Positions 15,637 through 25,528 of a DNA stretch of 64,000 nt are shown here, piece by piece. The notes below the pieces were generated by a model, which made no database searches, was not told where the DNA came from, and saw only the letters and a program-made list of their open reading frames with translations. The position numbers and the translations under genes are program-made. The stretch's first letter is position 1, and each line of letters opens with the position of its first letter. The DNA is from Candidatus Levyibacteriota bacterium (GTDB taxonomy: Bacteria > Patescibacteriota > Microgenomatia > Levybacterales > UBA12049), in the NCBI GenBank assembly GCA_016186625.1, contig JACPLG010000003.1:98576-162575 (forward strand). Direction: 5' to 3'.

Positions 15637-17508
15637 ATGAATATAAAAAATAAGCTTTTGGGTTTTATTCAGCTTCCTATTCTTATTATCCTTATTGCTA
15701 CCGGGGCACTGGGTACTTTTACAGTAGTCAAAGGCCCGGAGCTTGTTGAGGAGTATAAGCAGGGACAGCTTCAAAAAGAGTTGGCACAAAAAAGCCTGCC
15801 TCAGGGCGCTGCAACTGCGGATACAATTCTTGTAGGATTTAGAACCGGAGTTCCCACCACCCAGCGGGATTTTATTCATCAAAAGCTTAGCATCGCTCTC
15901 AAAAAAAGAGTAAATCAAATAAATGCGGATGTTATTAACGTTCCTGCTGGGACGCCGGTTTCGGAACTTATTGATAAATACAGACAAAATCCTCAGGTGG
16001 AATATGCAGAGCCCAATTTCCTTGCCGCCGCATTTTTAACGCCAAATGACCCATATTACGGGAGCCAGTGGAATCTGCAAAAAGTTTTAGTGGAAGAAGC
16101 ATATGATCTTGCCAAAGGAGGAGGGGCGCTTATTGCTGTTGTTGATACGGGTGTTGACGGGAGCCATCCTGATCTATCGGGACTTGTTATTGAGGGATAT
16201 AACACAATTGATGAAAATAACAATTCTTTTGATGATCACGGTCATGGGACGCATGTTGCAGGAATTGCATCAGCCCAAACCGACAACGGGAGCGGTATTG
16301 CAAGCATGTCCTTTGCATCAAGTGTCCTGCCGGTAAAAGTACTCAATAAAGACGGAGTAGGCACATACGCCGATGTTTCGGAGGGGATAATTTATGCTTC
16401 GGACAACGGCGCCCGGATTGTCAATTTAAGCCTGGGCGGAAGCTCAGACTCAGAAACACTTAAAAGAGCTGTAAGATACGCACAGTCAAAGGGAAGTATT
16501 TTAGTTGCGGCGGCAGGCAACAGCGGTAATGATGCGCCTGTCTACCCGGCCGCCTATGAGGGTGTTTTGGCGGTTTCCGCATCAGATAAAAATGATAATT
16601 TGGCGCCGTTTTCAAGCTATGGCAGTAATATTTTTGCCGCATCTCCGGGCGTTTCTATTACCTCATCTGTTCCAGGAAGCGACTACAAGCAAGCAAGCGG
16701 AACGTCCATGGCAGCGCCGCATGTCTCAGGGCTTTTAGCTTTATCAATCTCTCACAAACCGGAATTATCCAACTCGGAACTTATTGATCAGATAAAACAA
16801 AACGCTGAAAAGGTGGGTCAATACAGCTACAATGAAGACGGATGGAACCCTTATTTTGGTTACGGCAGAATCAGTGCCGGAAAAACTCTTACTGCAATTT
16901 CATCGGATGAAACAACAGAAGAAGAGCCGGAGCCAACATTAGATACATCCTCTTCCTCCCGTCTTTCCAAACAGGCAAAAGTGCCCCAGGCATATTCATT
17001 TTCCTTTGACTTGCAGGGTGCTGTTGAGGCAGTGAACACCTTTGATAGCAAACTTACCCTGAAAGTGGGAGGAGGAACACCAAATGTTATGGAACGGCTT
17101 TCAGGCAATCTTATTGATGTATATATCAATTCACAAACCAGAATAAAATATCAAGGCAGGACAATTTCATTAACCCAGGTTTCAAGCGGTTCACAGCTTA
17201 ATATAAAAGGCAACATTATCCAAAACAGGCTTGTGGCGCTTGAAATAATTGTTCAATATCTTGCAACAGGACAGCCTATTGAGGCATTGCCAAATCAAAA
17301 TCAGAATCCTGGACAGGAAAATATCCCGCAATCCCAACAACAGGGTGAGCAGTCTCCTCAAGATTCAGGTCAATCATCGCAAGGCGGTGGAGCACCCCAA
17401 GTGCAATTGCCTCCTCAGGCAGGACAAGGTAAAGGAGTAAAGGGTATTTCTGTAATTTCATGGCTTCAGTTTATTCAGGAAAAAGCATTCGGATTATTTA
17501 ATAAGTGA
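15637..17508 (+). CDS. secreted subtilisin-like serine protease (peptidase S8) with Gln/Pro/Gly-rich C-terminus
   Basis: IAVVDTGVDGSHPDL, HGHGTHVAGIAS, SGTSMAAPHVSGLLAL; ORF-track TTG 15622, ATG 15637 preferred. Confidence 0.9.
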   Translation: MNIKNKLLGFIQLPILIILIATGALGTFTVVKGPELVEEYKQGQLQKELAQKSLPQGAATADTILVGFRTGVPTTQRDFIHQKLSIALKKRVNQINADVINVPAGTPVSELIDKYRQNPQVEYAEPNFLAAAFLTPNDPYYGSQWNLQKVLVEEAYDLAKGGGALIAVVDTGVDGSHPDLSGLVIEGYNTIDENNNSFDDHGHGTHVAGIASAQTDNGSGIASMSFASSVLPVKVLNKDGVGTYADVSEGIIYASDNGARIVNLSLGGSSDSETLKRAVRYAQSKGSILVAAAGNSGNDAPVYPAAYEGVLAVSASDKNDNLAPFSSYGSNIFAASPGVSITSSVPGSDYKQASGTSMAAPHVSGLLALSISHKPELSNSELIDQIKQNAEKVGQYSYNEDGWNPYFGYGRISAGKTLTAISSDETTEEEPEPTLDTSSSSRLSKQAKVPQAYSFSFDLQGAVEAVNTFDSKLTLKVGGGTPNVMERLSGNLIDVYINSQTRIKYQGRTISLTQVSSGSQLNIKGNIIQNRLVALEIIVQYLATGQPIEALPNQNQNPGQENIPQSQQQGEQSPQDSGQSSQGGGAPQVQLPPQAGQGKGVKGISVISWLQFIQEKAFGLFNK

Positions 17509-17531
17509 GAAAATGAAAAGGAGGTGAGAAA

Positions 17532-18242
17532 ATGTTAAAGAAACTAATATTATTAGTGCTTGCTTTATTTTTGTTTGCCGGAGTAGCGCAAGCCCAAACT
17601 GAAGAGTTACCGGATCCCGGTATTACACCGGACAGCCCGCTATATTTTTTTGATACCTTGGGAGAAAACATTGGTTTGTTTTTTGCTTTTGGAGATGAAG
17701 CAAAAACAAGAAAAGCTGTTGAAATTGCAAATGAAAAAGTAGCCGAAGCACAGGCAATGGCTGAAAAAGGTAATGAGGATGCGGCAGAAATTGCAGCAGA
17801 ACGTTATGGTAAGGTAATAAGTACGGCTGCTGAAAGTCTTGCAGCTTCGGCAAGAAGCGGTGAAGGCTTTGATGAAGCTTTGGCCCAGCTTATTGCACAG
17901 GCAACATCCATCCATTTAAGTGTTTTGGCCGATGTATATGACAGGGTTCCTGATCAGGCAAAGTCATCCATTGAGCGGGCAATGCAGGAAAGCGTTAGAG
18001 GAGGAGAAGAAGCATTGAATGCTGTTTCGGGAGAAAAACGAGAAGAGGTAATGCAACAAGTTGAGGAGAAAAGGCAAGAGGTTAAGCAAAAACTCGATAC
18101 CTTGCGTAAAGAAGGAAAACCAATTCCAAATATCCAAACGGGTAATGAACAGGGAGCGCCTGAAGGAGCAGGAGGAGCTGGTGGCGGAAACAGCGGAGCC
18201 CAAAATGTTGGAAGACCAGAGCAAGTTCCGGGAAGACCGTAA
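17532..18242 (+). CDS. secreted Ala/Glu-rich protein; possible in-frame continuation to 18385
   Basis: SD AAAGGAGGTGAG; signal peptide LLVLALFLFAGVAQAQ; the same frame continues after TAA 18240-18242 for 47 more protein-like codons. Confidence 0.55.
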   Translation: MLKKLILLVLALFLFAGVAQAQTEELPDPGITPDSPLYFFDTLGENIGLFFAFGDEAKTRKAVEIANEKVAEAQAMAEKGNEDAAEIAAERYGKVISTAAESLAASARSGEGFDEALAQLIAQATSIHLSVLADVYDRVPDQAKSSIERAMQESVRGGEEALNAVSGEKREEVMQQVEEKRQEVKQKLDTLRKEGKPIPNIQTGNEQGAPEGAGGAGGGNSGAQNVGRPEQVPGRP

Positions 18243-18426
18243 GAAGGTAAAGCTCGTGAATGGCGGATTAGTTCGCCAGAAGAAGGAAGACCCGGATTAT
18301 CAGATGCTGAAATTAAAGATCGGTTAGAAAGAACAGGATTGCCTGGTGACCAGGTTAAGTATTTCCTGAAAAGAATGGCTACCTAAGTTTATAGCCTAGA
18401 GATTTCTCTGATATAATAATTCCCCA

Positions 18427-19392
18427 ATGAAGAAAGTTATTCTGCTTTTGATTATTTTCCTCGCAGTTTTGGGACTACTTTTTTATTTTTTAAGTCTGCT
18501 TCTGCCTACCGGCAAAAGTGATAAAGTTGAAATAGTAATTTTAAAAACACAAAGAGGCGACTCCACGGCACTTGTCCTTGAAGAGAAAGGCTTTATCCGC
18601 TCTTTTGCGGCATTTAATGTTGCCTACATAATTTTAGGAAGTCCCAAAATTGAAGAAGGGGGATATTATTTTTCAAAAAATATGTCTACTTGGAAAATAA
18701 TTGATGAGCTAGCAGATGGTCCTGACTTAAAAGAAGTGGTAATCACAGAAGGCTTGCGAAAAGAGCAAATCGGTGAAAGACTTGGGAAAGTGCTGGGATG
18801 GACAGACGAGGAACTGGACAAATGGAATAATGTCTATACTGAAATGAAACCGGAATACACCGAGGGTGTATATTTTCCGGACACCTATCTTATTCCGGTT
18901 AAAGAAAGCGGTCCGCTTGTTGCTGCACGAATGATTAATAATTTTAATGAAAAATTTGCGCCATATTTTGAACAAGCAGCAGCAAAAAATATCAAGTGGA
19001 CTACAGTTTTAAAAATTGCATCTCTTATTGAGCGAGAAGCTGCAGGAAGAGAGGACATGTCGCTAATCTCAGGGATTATCTGGAATAGGCTTGAGAATAA
19101 TCAAAGACTGGACATTGATGCAACCATTCAATATGCTATTGGCAAAAGAAGTGGAAATTGGTGGTCACGAGTTAGTGGGTCTGATATTAGAAACACTGAC
19201 TCAGTATATAACACCTATAAATACTCCGGTCTTCCGCCAACACCTATTGCCAATCCCTCCCTTTCGGCAATCAAAGCTGCACTAAATCCCAGGCAAACAG
19301 AATGCTTTTATTACCTTCACTCAAGTGGCCAAATTTACTGCTCCGTTACTTACGAAGAACATTTGGAAAACATTAAAAAATATTTGAATTGA
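18427..19392 (+). CDS. mltG: endolytic murein transglycosylase MltG (YceG family)
   Basis: N-terminal TM; YceG-like motifs EREAAGREDMSLISGIIWNRL...YNTYKYSGLPPTPIANPSLSAIKAALNP. Confidence 0.85.
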   Translation: MKKVILLLIIFLAVLGLLFYFLSLLLPTGKSDKVEIVILKTQRGDSTALVLEEKGFIRSFAAFNVAYIILGSPKIEEGGYYFSKNMSTWKIIDELADGPDLKEVVITEGLRKEQIGERLGKVLGWTDEELDKWNNVYTEMKPEYTEGVYFPDTYLIPVKESGPLVAARMINNFNEKFAPYFEQAAAKNIKWTTVLKIASLIEREAAGREDMSLISGIIWNRLENNQRLDIDATIQYAIGKRSGNWWSRVSGSDIRNTDSVYNTYKYSGLPPTPIANPSLSAIKAALNPRQTECFYYLHSSGQIYCSVTYEEHLENIKKYLN

Positions 19393-19394
19393 TT

Positions 19395-21008
19395 TTAGTG
19401 CCAGAATTTTCGCTGCCCCGTGAAGACCATTGGAATTTTTGCTTTGTTCGCCATATCGATCGATGCCTGATCATTGACAGAACCCCCTTGTTGAATAATT
19501 GCTCCGATACCTGCTTTTGCTGCGAGTTTTACTGAGTCAGCAAACGGGAAAAAACTGTCACTTGCCAGAATTGCATGGCGAGCCAACTTACCCGCTTGCT
19601 CAAGTGCAATTTTTGTGGCCCTAACCCGGGAAGTTTGGCCAGATCCAATTCCTCTTGTCATAGGTAAATCTTTGTCAACAATAATTATGGTGTTTGAGCG
19701 AATTCTTCCGATAAATTTCCATGCTATTTTCATTTGTTCTAATTGTTTTTTTGTCGGCTTAAACTTTCCGGCAACTTTCCAGTTTAAAGAATTAAACCTA
19801 TCATCCCAATCCTGCATAACAAACCCGCCGTCAAAAAAACGCAAATGCTTTTTATTTGATCTTTTTCCTGGGATTTTTCCGAATATATAAATTCCCGTAC
19901 TTTTTCTGACATTTTTTATAAACTCCGACGCTTTATCTTCAATTGCTGGCGCTGCGATAATATCTATTAAAACCCCACTCTCTTCTTTAAATGCTGCAAA
20001 AGTTTTAGCTGTCTTAAAATCAATTGGCTTATTAAGAACAATTACTCCGCCAAAAGCTGACTGCGGATCTGCTTCAACAGCTCGTTCAAGCGCTTGTGAT
20101 GTTGAACTTCCCAGCGCGATTCCTGAGGGACTGTTGTGTTTTATGACAACGGCGCATGGTTCTTTAAAAATTCTCACTGATTCAAGTCCTGAGAAAATAT
20201 CTGTAAAATTTGTTGCCGAGAGGTCTCTTCCAGTTACTTTCTCAAGGTTTGCAAGAGGAGAATTTGTATTTGGCTCTATGTAAACAGCAGATTTTTGATG
20301 AGGATTATCACCATATCGCAAGTCGATCTTTTTTCTTCCCGGAATTGCTATTTCCTGGGGAAATTTATTTTTATTCGGCTCAAGATATATTGAAATTTGC
20401 GAATCGTAAAAAGATAAATGTCTAAATGCTTTTGCCGCAAGTTTTTGTCTTAAACGATTTGTCAAAAGTATACTACTATGTAGTAGTGTACTTAATGACT
20501 CATAATCTTTTGGGTCAACAATAACTAAAACGTTCTTGAAGTTTTTTGCTGCTGCTCTAATCATAGTTGGTCCACCAACATCAATACTCTCTATTGCATC
20601 TCCTACTTTAACTTTTGGATTTGCAATTGTTTGCTCAAAAGGATAAAGGTTGCAAACGACTATCTCAATATTTTTTATTTTTAATTTTTTTGCTTCTTTA
20701 ATGTGTTTTCTGTTTCTTCGGTCAAATAAAATTCCACCTTCTATTTGAAAACTGATGGTTTTCATTCTTCCGTCAAAACTTTCAGGATTACCGGTTATTT
20801 CTTGGATTGGAATAACCTTCAAACCCGCATCGATTAAAACTTTAGCAGTTCCTCCGGTTGAAATAATTTTATATCCGAGCAGACTAATGATCTTTGCAAA
20901 ATCTATAATTCCCGACTTATCAAAAACACTGATAAGAGCATATTTTTCCAAAGACTTCGAACTTTTGGCAGTTCCTTTGGGGATTTTCTTATTTGCTGCC
21001 ATAAACAA
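19395..21008 (-). CDS. purH: bifunctional AICAR transformylase / IMP cyclohydrolase PurH
   Basis: MGS-like N-domain ALISVFDKSGI...ISTGGTAKVL and AICARFT C-domain; 537 aa. Confidence 0.9.
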   Translation of the reverse strand: MFMAANKKIPKGTAKSSKSLEKYALISVFDKSGIIDFAKIISLLGYKIISTGGTAKVLIDAGLKVIPIQEITGNPESFDGRMKTISFQIEGGILFDRRNRKHIKEAKKLKIKNIEIVVCNLYPFEQTIANPKVKVGDAIESIDVGGPTMIRAAAKNFKNVLVIVDPKDYESLSTLLHSSILLTNRLRQKLAAKAFRHLSFYDSQISIYLEPNKNKFPQEIAIPGRKKIDLRYGDNPHQKSAVYIEPNTNSPLANLEKVTGRDLSATNFTDIFSGLESVRIFKEPCAVVIKHNSPSGIALGSSTSQALERAVEADPQSAFGGVIVLNKPIDFKTAKTFAAFKEESGVLIDIIAAPAIEDKASEFIKNVRKSTGIYIFGKIPGKRSNKKHLRFFDGGFVMQDWDDRFNSLNWKVAGKFKPTKKQLEQMKIAWKFIGRIRSNTIIIVDKDLPMTRGIGSGQTSRVRATKIALEQAGKLARHAILASDSFFPFADSVKLAAKAGIGAIIQQGGSVNDQASIDMANKAKIPMVFTGQRKFWH

Positions 21009-21075
21009 CTAGTTTTATATATGAAATTGGCCCACGGTGTCAAGAAGTTTAAAAAGTGCTATAATTCCACTCACT

Positions 21076-21663
21076 ATGGCTGTCAGAAAAGTTATCCAAG
21101 CAGGAGACAAAAAATTAAAAGCAAAAAATAAAATTGTTACAGATTTTAAAGGTGCAAAAATTCAGAAACTTATTAAAGATCTGATTTCTACCAATGAAAA
21201 GGCAAATTTAATCGGTATTGCCTCTCCTCAAATTGGAGAAAATTATATGGTCTTTGTAACTTATCCCAGAAATACAAGAGCTAGAAAACTTGGAAAAGGC
21301 GATAAATTAAGAGTTTATATAAATCCCAAAATCACATATAAATCCAAAAAGCAAAATTTGATTTACGAGGGCTGTGGTAGTGTTGCCAGTGGTGCAATTT
21401 TTGGACCAGTAAAGAGACCTGAAGAAATAGAGGTTGAGGCAATTGATGAAAAAGGGCAGAGATTTAGTCTGCGAGCGGACGGAATTTTAGCTCGGGTTAT
21501 TCAACACGAATATGATCATCTCCAGGGAATTGAATTTATTCAAAATGTGAACGATTATTCAAAAATTGTAGTTGAAGAGCATTACAGAAAAAATATAAGG
21601 AATTCTGCACAGCAGAAAAAGAATTCTTTAATTACTAAAATTGACTACAAGGTAGTAAAATAG
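21076..21663 (+). CDS. def: peptide deformylase
   Basis: Motifs IGIASPQIG, EGCGSV, QHEYDHLQG (HExxH); ATG 11 nt after TATAAT 21059-21064. Confidence 0.8.
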   Translation: MAVRKVIQAGDKKLKAKNKIVTDFKGAKIQKLIKDLISTNEKANLIGIASPQIGENYMVFVTYPRNTRARKLGKGDKLRVYINPKITYKSKKQNLIYEGCGSVASGAIFGPVKRPEEIEVEAIDEKGQRFSLRADGILARVIQHEYDHLQGIEFIQNVNDYSKIVVEEHYRKNIRNSAQQKKNSLITKIDYKVVK

Positions 21664-22586
21664 TCATAAACTGCTTTTGAGAAATTTGCAATAGACTCGA
21701 TTGCTTTCTTTACGTCATTTGTATCTGTCAAGACCACAATTATATAATCTCCTTTTGAAGAATAAACTATTCCTGCGTCGTGCTTAGCATTAAACAGCTC
21801 TCCAGTTTTGTGAGCCACCGGAGTATTTTTTTGTAAATATTTCGGTATTCTGTCATTTAGGGTTTGATTTTTAAGAATATCAACCATTTTTTCTGAATAA
21901 TCCTTATCAATGATTTCTCCTTTATAAAGTTTTTCAAAAAATAAGGAAGTATCCTCAGCAGTTGTCTGAGGCGGCTGCCGGAAATTTGAGTTTTTAAAAT
22001 TATAGTCTTTTAAAAATTGGATGACATTTGTTGTCCCTGAGCGGGAGGCAACAAGAAGAGCTGCATAATTATCAGAGATCGTAATCATCCGCTCAATTGC
22101 ATCACCAGTACTCATACTAATAAACCTCGGTTCTTCTTCCAGAGATGGGCTGGGGCTAAATCCTTCAAGGGTGGGTGTTGGAGTTGTTGTTGAAAGTGTA
22201 TCATCTAAATAACTAAGAGGAAGGGTAAGAACATCATCCTCACTAAGTAATCCATCCTTAATTTTCTGAAACGCAACTGCCATTATCCAAAGTTTATAAA
22301 GGCTGGCAGAATTAAATTTTTTGTTTTCATTATAAAAATAATTCTCTCCTGTTTTTAAATTTTTTATAACAATTGCATATTCCCCACTGTTGTTTAATAA
22401 ATGCTTCTCTGCAATATCCGCAAGTTTACTTTCACGGGTATCTGCTGGTAAAACAATAGCTCGGGATAAATTTTCTCTTTTTAAATTCTCCTCATTTTGC
22501 AAATTAGCTAAATAATAAATAACTGAAGGAATAAGAAATAGGGCCGATATAAAAAATAAGAGGATAATTAGCAATTTTATTTTCAC
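21645..22586 (-). CDS. class A beta-lactamase-fold serine hydrolase, membrane-anchored
   Basis: SxxK (SASLYK), SDN (ISDNYAA), KTG (HKTGE) motifs; N-terminal TM. Confidence 0.7.
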   Translation of the reverse strand: MKIKLLIILLFFISALFLIPSVIYYLANLQNEENLKRENLSRAIVLPADTRESKLADIAEKHLLNNSGEYAIVIKNLKTGENYFYNENKKFNSASLYKLWIMAVAFQKIKDGLLSEDDVLTLPLSYLDDTLSTTTPTPTLEGFSPSPSLEEEPRFISMSTGDAIERMITISDNYAALLVASRSGTTNVIQFLKDYNFKNSNFRQPPQTTAEDTSLFFEKLYKGEIIDKDYSEKMVDILKNQTLNDRIPKYLQKNTPVAHKTGELFNAKHDAGIVYSSKGDYIIVVLTDTNDVKKAIESIANFSKAVYDYFTTL

Positions 22587-22635
22587 TCACCAAATTTAAA
22601 CACAATTCGAGGTGTCAAACAAGTCCGAAAAATGA

Positions 22636-23022
22636 TTAAAATCCAAACTCCCTGGCAAACAAATCTGCCTCTTTTTCCTGTTTCCTAATTTCTTTTTTAG
22701 ACTGTCTCTCAAGTACGGAATTTCTATGCCCAAGAATTACATGTCCAATCTCATGTGCAATTGAATGGTAAATTTGTTTTTTGTTTTGTAATAAAAGATC
22801 ATCGCTTAAAAAAATAAGATGCTGACTTTTTAAGTCATCTCCTGTAAAAGTAAAAGCCCACGCATCTTCCAAAGAAGACATAAACCAGCATGTTTTTGTA
22901 ATTTTCGAAGTGATGTTTTTTGGCATCTCTGACAAAACCTCACAAACTGCTAGTTTCATCCTTTTAGTACCAACCAATTTGCCATTAAATTCATGATAAA
23001 TTTCACTTACATCTTTTTTCAT
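22636..23022 (-). CDS. small HExxH zinc-metallopeptidase-like protein (ImmA/IrrE/SprT-like)
   Basis: AHEIGHVILGH motif; 128 aa. Confidence 0.45.
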   Translation of the reverse strand: MKKDVSEIYHEFNGKLVGTKRMKLAVCEVLSEMPKNITSKITKTCWFMSSLEDAWAFTFTGDDLKSQHLIFLSDDLLLQNKKQIYHSIAHEIGHVILGHRNSVLERQSKKEIRKQEKEADLFAREFGF

Positions 23023-23068
23023 TTTAAAAATTATATCAGAAGACTGAAGGGGTTAAATGTGGCATCTG

Positions 23069-23554
23069 CTATTCATAACGAATTTCTATTCTGTCGCCGT
23101 CGCGCATATGGTAATTTTCAAAATCCCTATTTGCCTTTCCATTAACCAACATTTTAACAGCGGCCTCTGAGGAATTTTTAAATTCAAAAATTTGAGATGA
23201 ATTAAATTGCTTTTCCCAAATTTCAAAAAATCTTCCTAATCGAGTTTCATCTTTGGTTACTAATCCATTCATCTCCATATGAAGGATTCCTTCTGGAGCG
23301 TCATCGTGAGTATGGATCTCTTCGTGCTTTGTGGGCAAAATTCCAATATTCGCAGGGGTTTCTTGTTTTTCTCCGTTTACATAAATTTCAAGTCTTGGAT
23401 GCCAATGAAGCCCGTTTTCCGCCACAATTTGCTCTTCCGGAACAGAAGAGTTGTTGTTGCTTGATAATAGAAGAGCCCCGCCTATTAATATGGCAAGTGT
23501 AAAAATTCCTATCCCTCCTATAATTTTTATATCTTTGCTAAGTTGTATGCTCAT
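23069..23554 (-). CDS. membrane-anchored His-rich extracytoplasmic protein
   Basis: TM then HWHPRLEIYVNG...HEEIHTHDDAPEGILHMEMNG; start trimmed to avoid 90-bp overlap with upstream gene (uncertain). Confidence 0.4.
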   Translation of the reverse strand: MSIQLSKDIKIIGGIGIFTLAILIGGALLLSSNNNSSVPEEQIVAENGLHWHPRLEIYVNGEKQETPANIGILPTKHEEIHTHDDAPEGILHMEMNGLVTKDETRLGRFFEIWEKQFNSSQIFEFKNSSEAAVKMLVNGKANRDFENYHMRDGDRIEIRYE

Positions 23555-24131
23555 GACCTGTTCCACCGCAAGCATCGGAAATGTCCCAAAGATTGGCAAT
23601 TTGCTCAGAATCCCATCCGAAGTCAGCAATTAATTTCTTTGCTAATCCCTCATATGCGTCCCAATGCCAGCATTTGCAGCAGCACGGTCCTCCTTCATCA
23701 GACATTTTCATGGCTTCATTGTAGATAGTTTGCTGCTCGGAAGTTAATTCAATCTCCTCAAAAAATTTAAAAAGCTGTTTTGCCTGAGATGCTGAAATAT
23801 CATACGGATCGGTGGGGATAATCGAAATATCCTTATATTTTTTTAAACCTTCAATTTGCTCCTGATAAGCATGGCGATCCATTTTATCACAGCATGAACC
23901 CTGGATTCTTTGATCATCAGGATAATTAAAAACTATCTCCTTTTGAAGACCGCAATTATTACTTGTTTGCGAAACTAGATAATTAAACTTTTGGTCCGAA
24001 CCCGAAGCTGCATTTGCATCACCAAGCTCAATTTCTCCCTGAACATTATTAGTCGGTTTTTCCCAGTTAAAAGCCAAATATCCCAATACTCCAATTACCC
24101 CAATAAGCAGTAAAACTAAAAGATAACGCAT
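23538..24131 (-). CDS. membrane-anchored Cys-rich protein (SCC, PCCCKC, CGG motifs)
   Basis: Start ATG 24131 overlaps the stop of the upstream gene by 1 nt (TAATG); ORF-track upstream extension is unlikely. Confidence 0.5.
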   Translation of the reverse strand: MRYLLVLLLIGVIGVLGYLAFNWEKPTNNVQGEIELGDANAASGSDQKFNYLVSQTSNNCGLQKEIVFNYPDDQRIQGSCCDKMDRHAYQEQIEGLKKYKDISIIPTDPYDISASQAKQLFKFFEEIELTSEQQTIYNEAMKMSDEGGPCCCKCWHWDAYEGLAKKLIADFGWDSEQIANLWDISDACGGTGHEHTT

Positions 24132-24667
24132 TATTTTGTTACTCCCATCTCCTTCATGCTTTTGGAAACAAAATACAATGAAAAAGCAATAAGAACAAGA
24201 GCCAAAAGTGAGAACTCCAAACCCCGCAGGGGAAAAACGGCCAGTCCTCCTGAAACGCCTAAAAGTCCGATAAGTGCAGTATTGCATGCGGAACAGGCGG
24301 CACCAAAAGCCCCACCAAATATTCCGAAAAATCCGAAAACATTTGTGCGCCCAATAAATACCTTTGTTGTTCTTGTTTTAAGAATAACAAGAGAAATATT
24401 GAGTCCTGCCAGAAAAGAGACAAGAACAACCGCCAAAACATTTACCGGTCCTGCAATTTCCCAAACCATTTCAACTTGATTTATAAAAACCTTCCATAAA
24501 ATAGAAGGATCATAAGTTATTGCCAAAATTGAGGTGAAAACAGAAAAGCTGTTAATTACAATGTAGAAAGTAAAAAGAAAGATTGTTAAGATGCCAGTCA
24601 GGGTAACATAGGCTGGTTTATGTAAAAGAAGATTAATAGCGGCGATGAGTATTACAACTTTACTCAT
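24131..24667 (-). CDS. polytopic membrane protein with intramembrane CxxC (ACSACN)
   Basis: 178 aa, about 5 TM; lies between the DsbA-like and Cys-rich genes; possible redox partner (inference). Confidence 0.5.
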   Translation of the reverse strand: MSKVVILIAAINLLLHKPAYVTLTGILTIFLFTFYIVINSFSVFTSILAITYDPSILWKVFINQVEMVWEIAGPVNVLAVVLVSFLAGLNISLVILKTRTTKVFIGRTNVFGFFGIFGGAFGAACSACNTALIGLLGVSGGLAVFPLRGLEFSLLALVLIAFSLYFVSKSMKEMGVTK

Positions 24668-24673
24668 TTAATT

Positions 24674-25477
24674 TTACTGGATTGTATCAAGGGCTGCCTT
24701 AAATGACTCGAAAGGCTGGGCGCCCACAAGGATAGTTCCTTGGAATTTACCTTGTGAATTCGATTTTCCTATAAAAAACGTTGGAGTTCCGTTAGCACCA
24801 TACGCTGATGCGTCTGCCAAATCTTTATCAACTTCCTCCTTATACTTTTCAGAATCAAGACATGATTGAAGCGCACTGCCATTTAACCCTAAATCATTTG
24901 CAATAACCGATAATTGATCGAGTGCAAGTCCTGTTCCGTTTGATGTTGTCCGTTTAAAAATCTCATCGTGGTATTTGAAATAAGCAGTGTCTCCACCCTG
25001 TTCTCTAGCACACTCGGCAGCTTGGGATTCTTTATGTGCATTTTGGTGGAAATCTAAAGGTAAATCGCGAATTACAAGCTTAACTTTTCCAGTATCTATA
25101 TATTCACTTTTAATCTGAGGCAGTGTCTCATCAAAAAATCTTTTACAAAAAGGACACTCATAATCAACAAATTCAATCATCGTAATAGGAGCGTTTTTAT
25201 CTCCCATAACAGGATCATCATCAACTGAAACTTCAATCGGGCCTGTGGGCTGTTGTGGGGCTTGGGGATCTAAACCTTGAGCTATAGAAGAATTATTCCC
25301 AGATACGTTTTTTTCAAGATAAGTTACTTTTGTATATAAAACTCCAATTAAAAATGATGCAACAATGAGAAGTATTCCTAGAACATAGATAATATTTAAT
25401 TTGGAAATTTTAGAAACAATTGATAAGGCATTACTTTTTAATAAATTATTCCCAGATTTTTCACTTTCTGTTGGCAT
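24674..25477 (-). CDS. DsbA-family thiol:disulfide oxidoreductase, membrane-anchored
   Basis: FVDYECPFCKRF active site (CPFC); DsbA-like thioredoxin domain; N-terminal TM. Confidence 0.8.
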   Translation of the reverse strand: MPTESEKSGNNLLKSNALSIVSKISKLNIIYVLGILLIVASFLIGVLYTKVTYLEKNVSGNNSSIAQGLDPQAPQQPTGPIEVSVDDDPVMGDKNAPITMIEFVDYECPFCKRFFDETLPQIKSEYIDTGKVKLVIRDLPLDFHQNAHKESQAAECAREQGGDTAYFKYHDEIFKRTTSNGTGLALDQLSVIANDLGLNGSALQSCLDSEKYKEEVDKDLADASAYGANGTPTFFIGKSNSQGKFQGTILVGAQPFESFKAALDTIQ

Positions 25478-25528
25478 ACTACAAAGTGTAGTAGAATTTC
25501 CCTAAAATTGTCAAGTGGTAATAAATTA

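Noticed and set aside
23081-23094. AATTTCTATTCTGT shared with 5531-5544, considered as another repeat family
   Set aside because: The 23081 copy is inside the coding 3' end of gene 23069-23554, and the matches are short. There is insufficient evidence for a repeat family.
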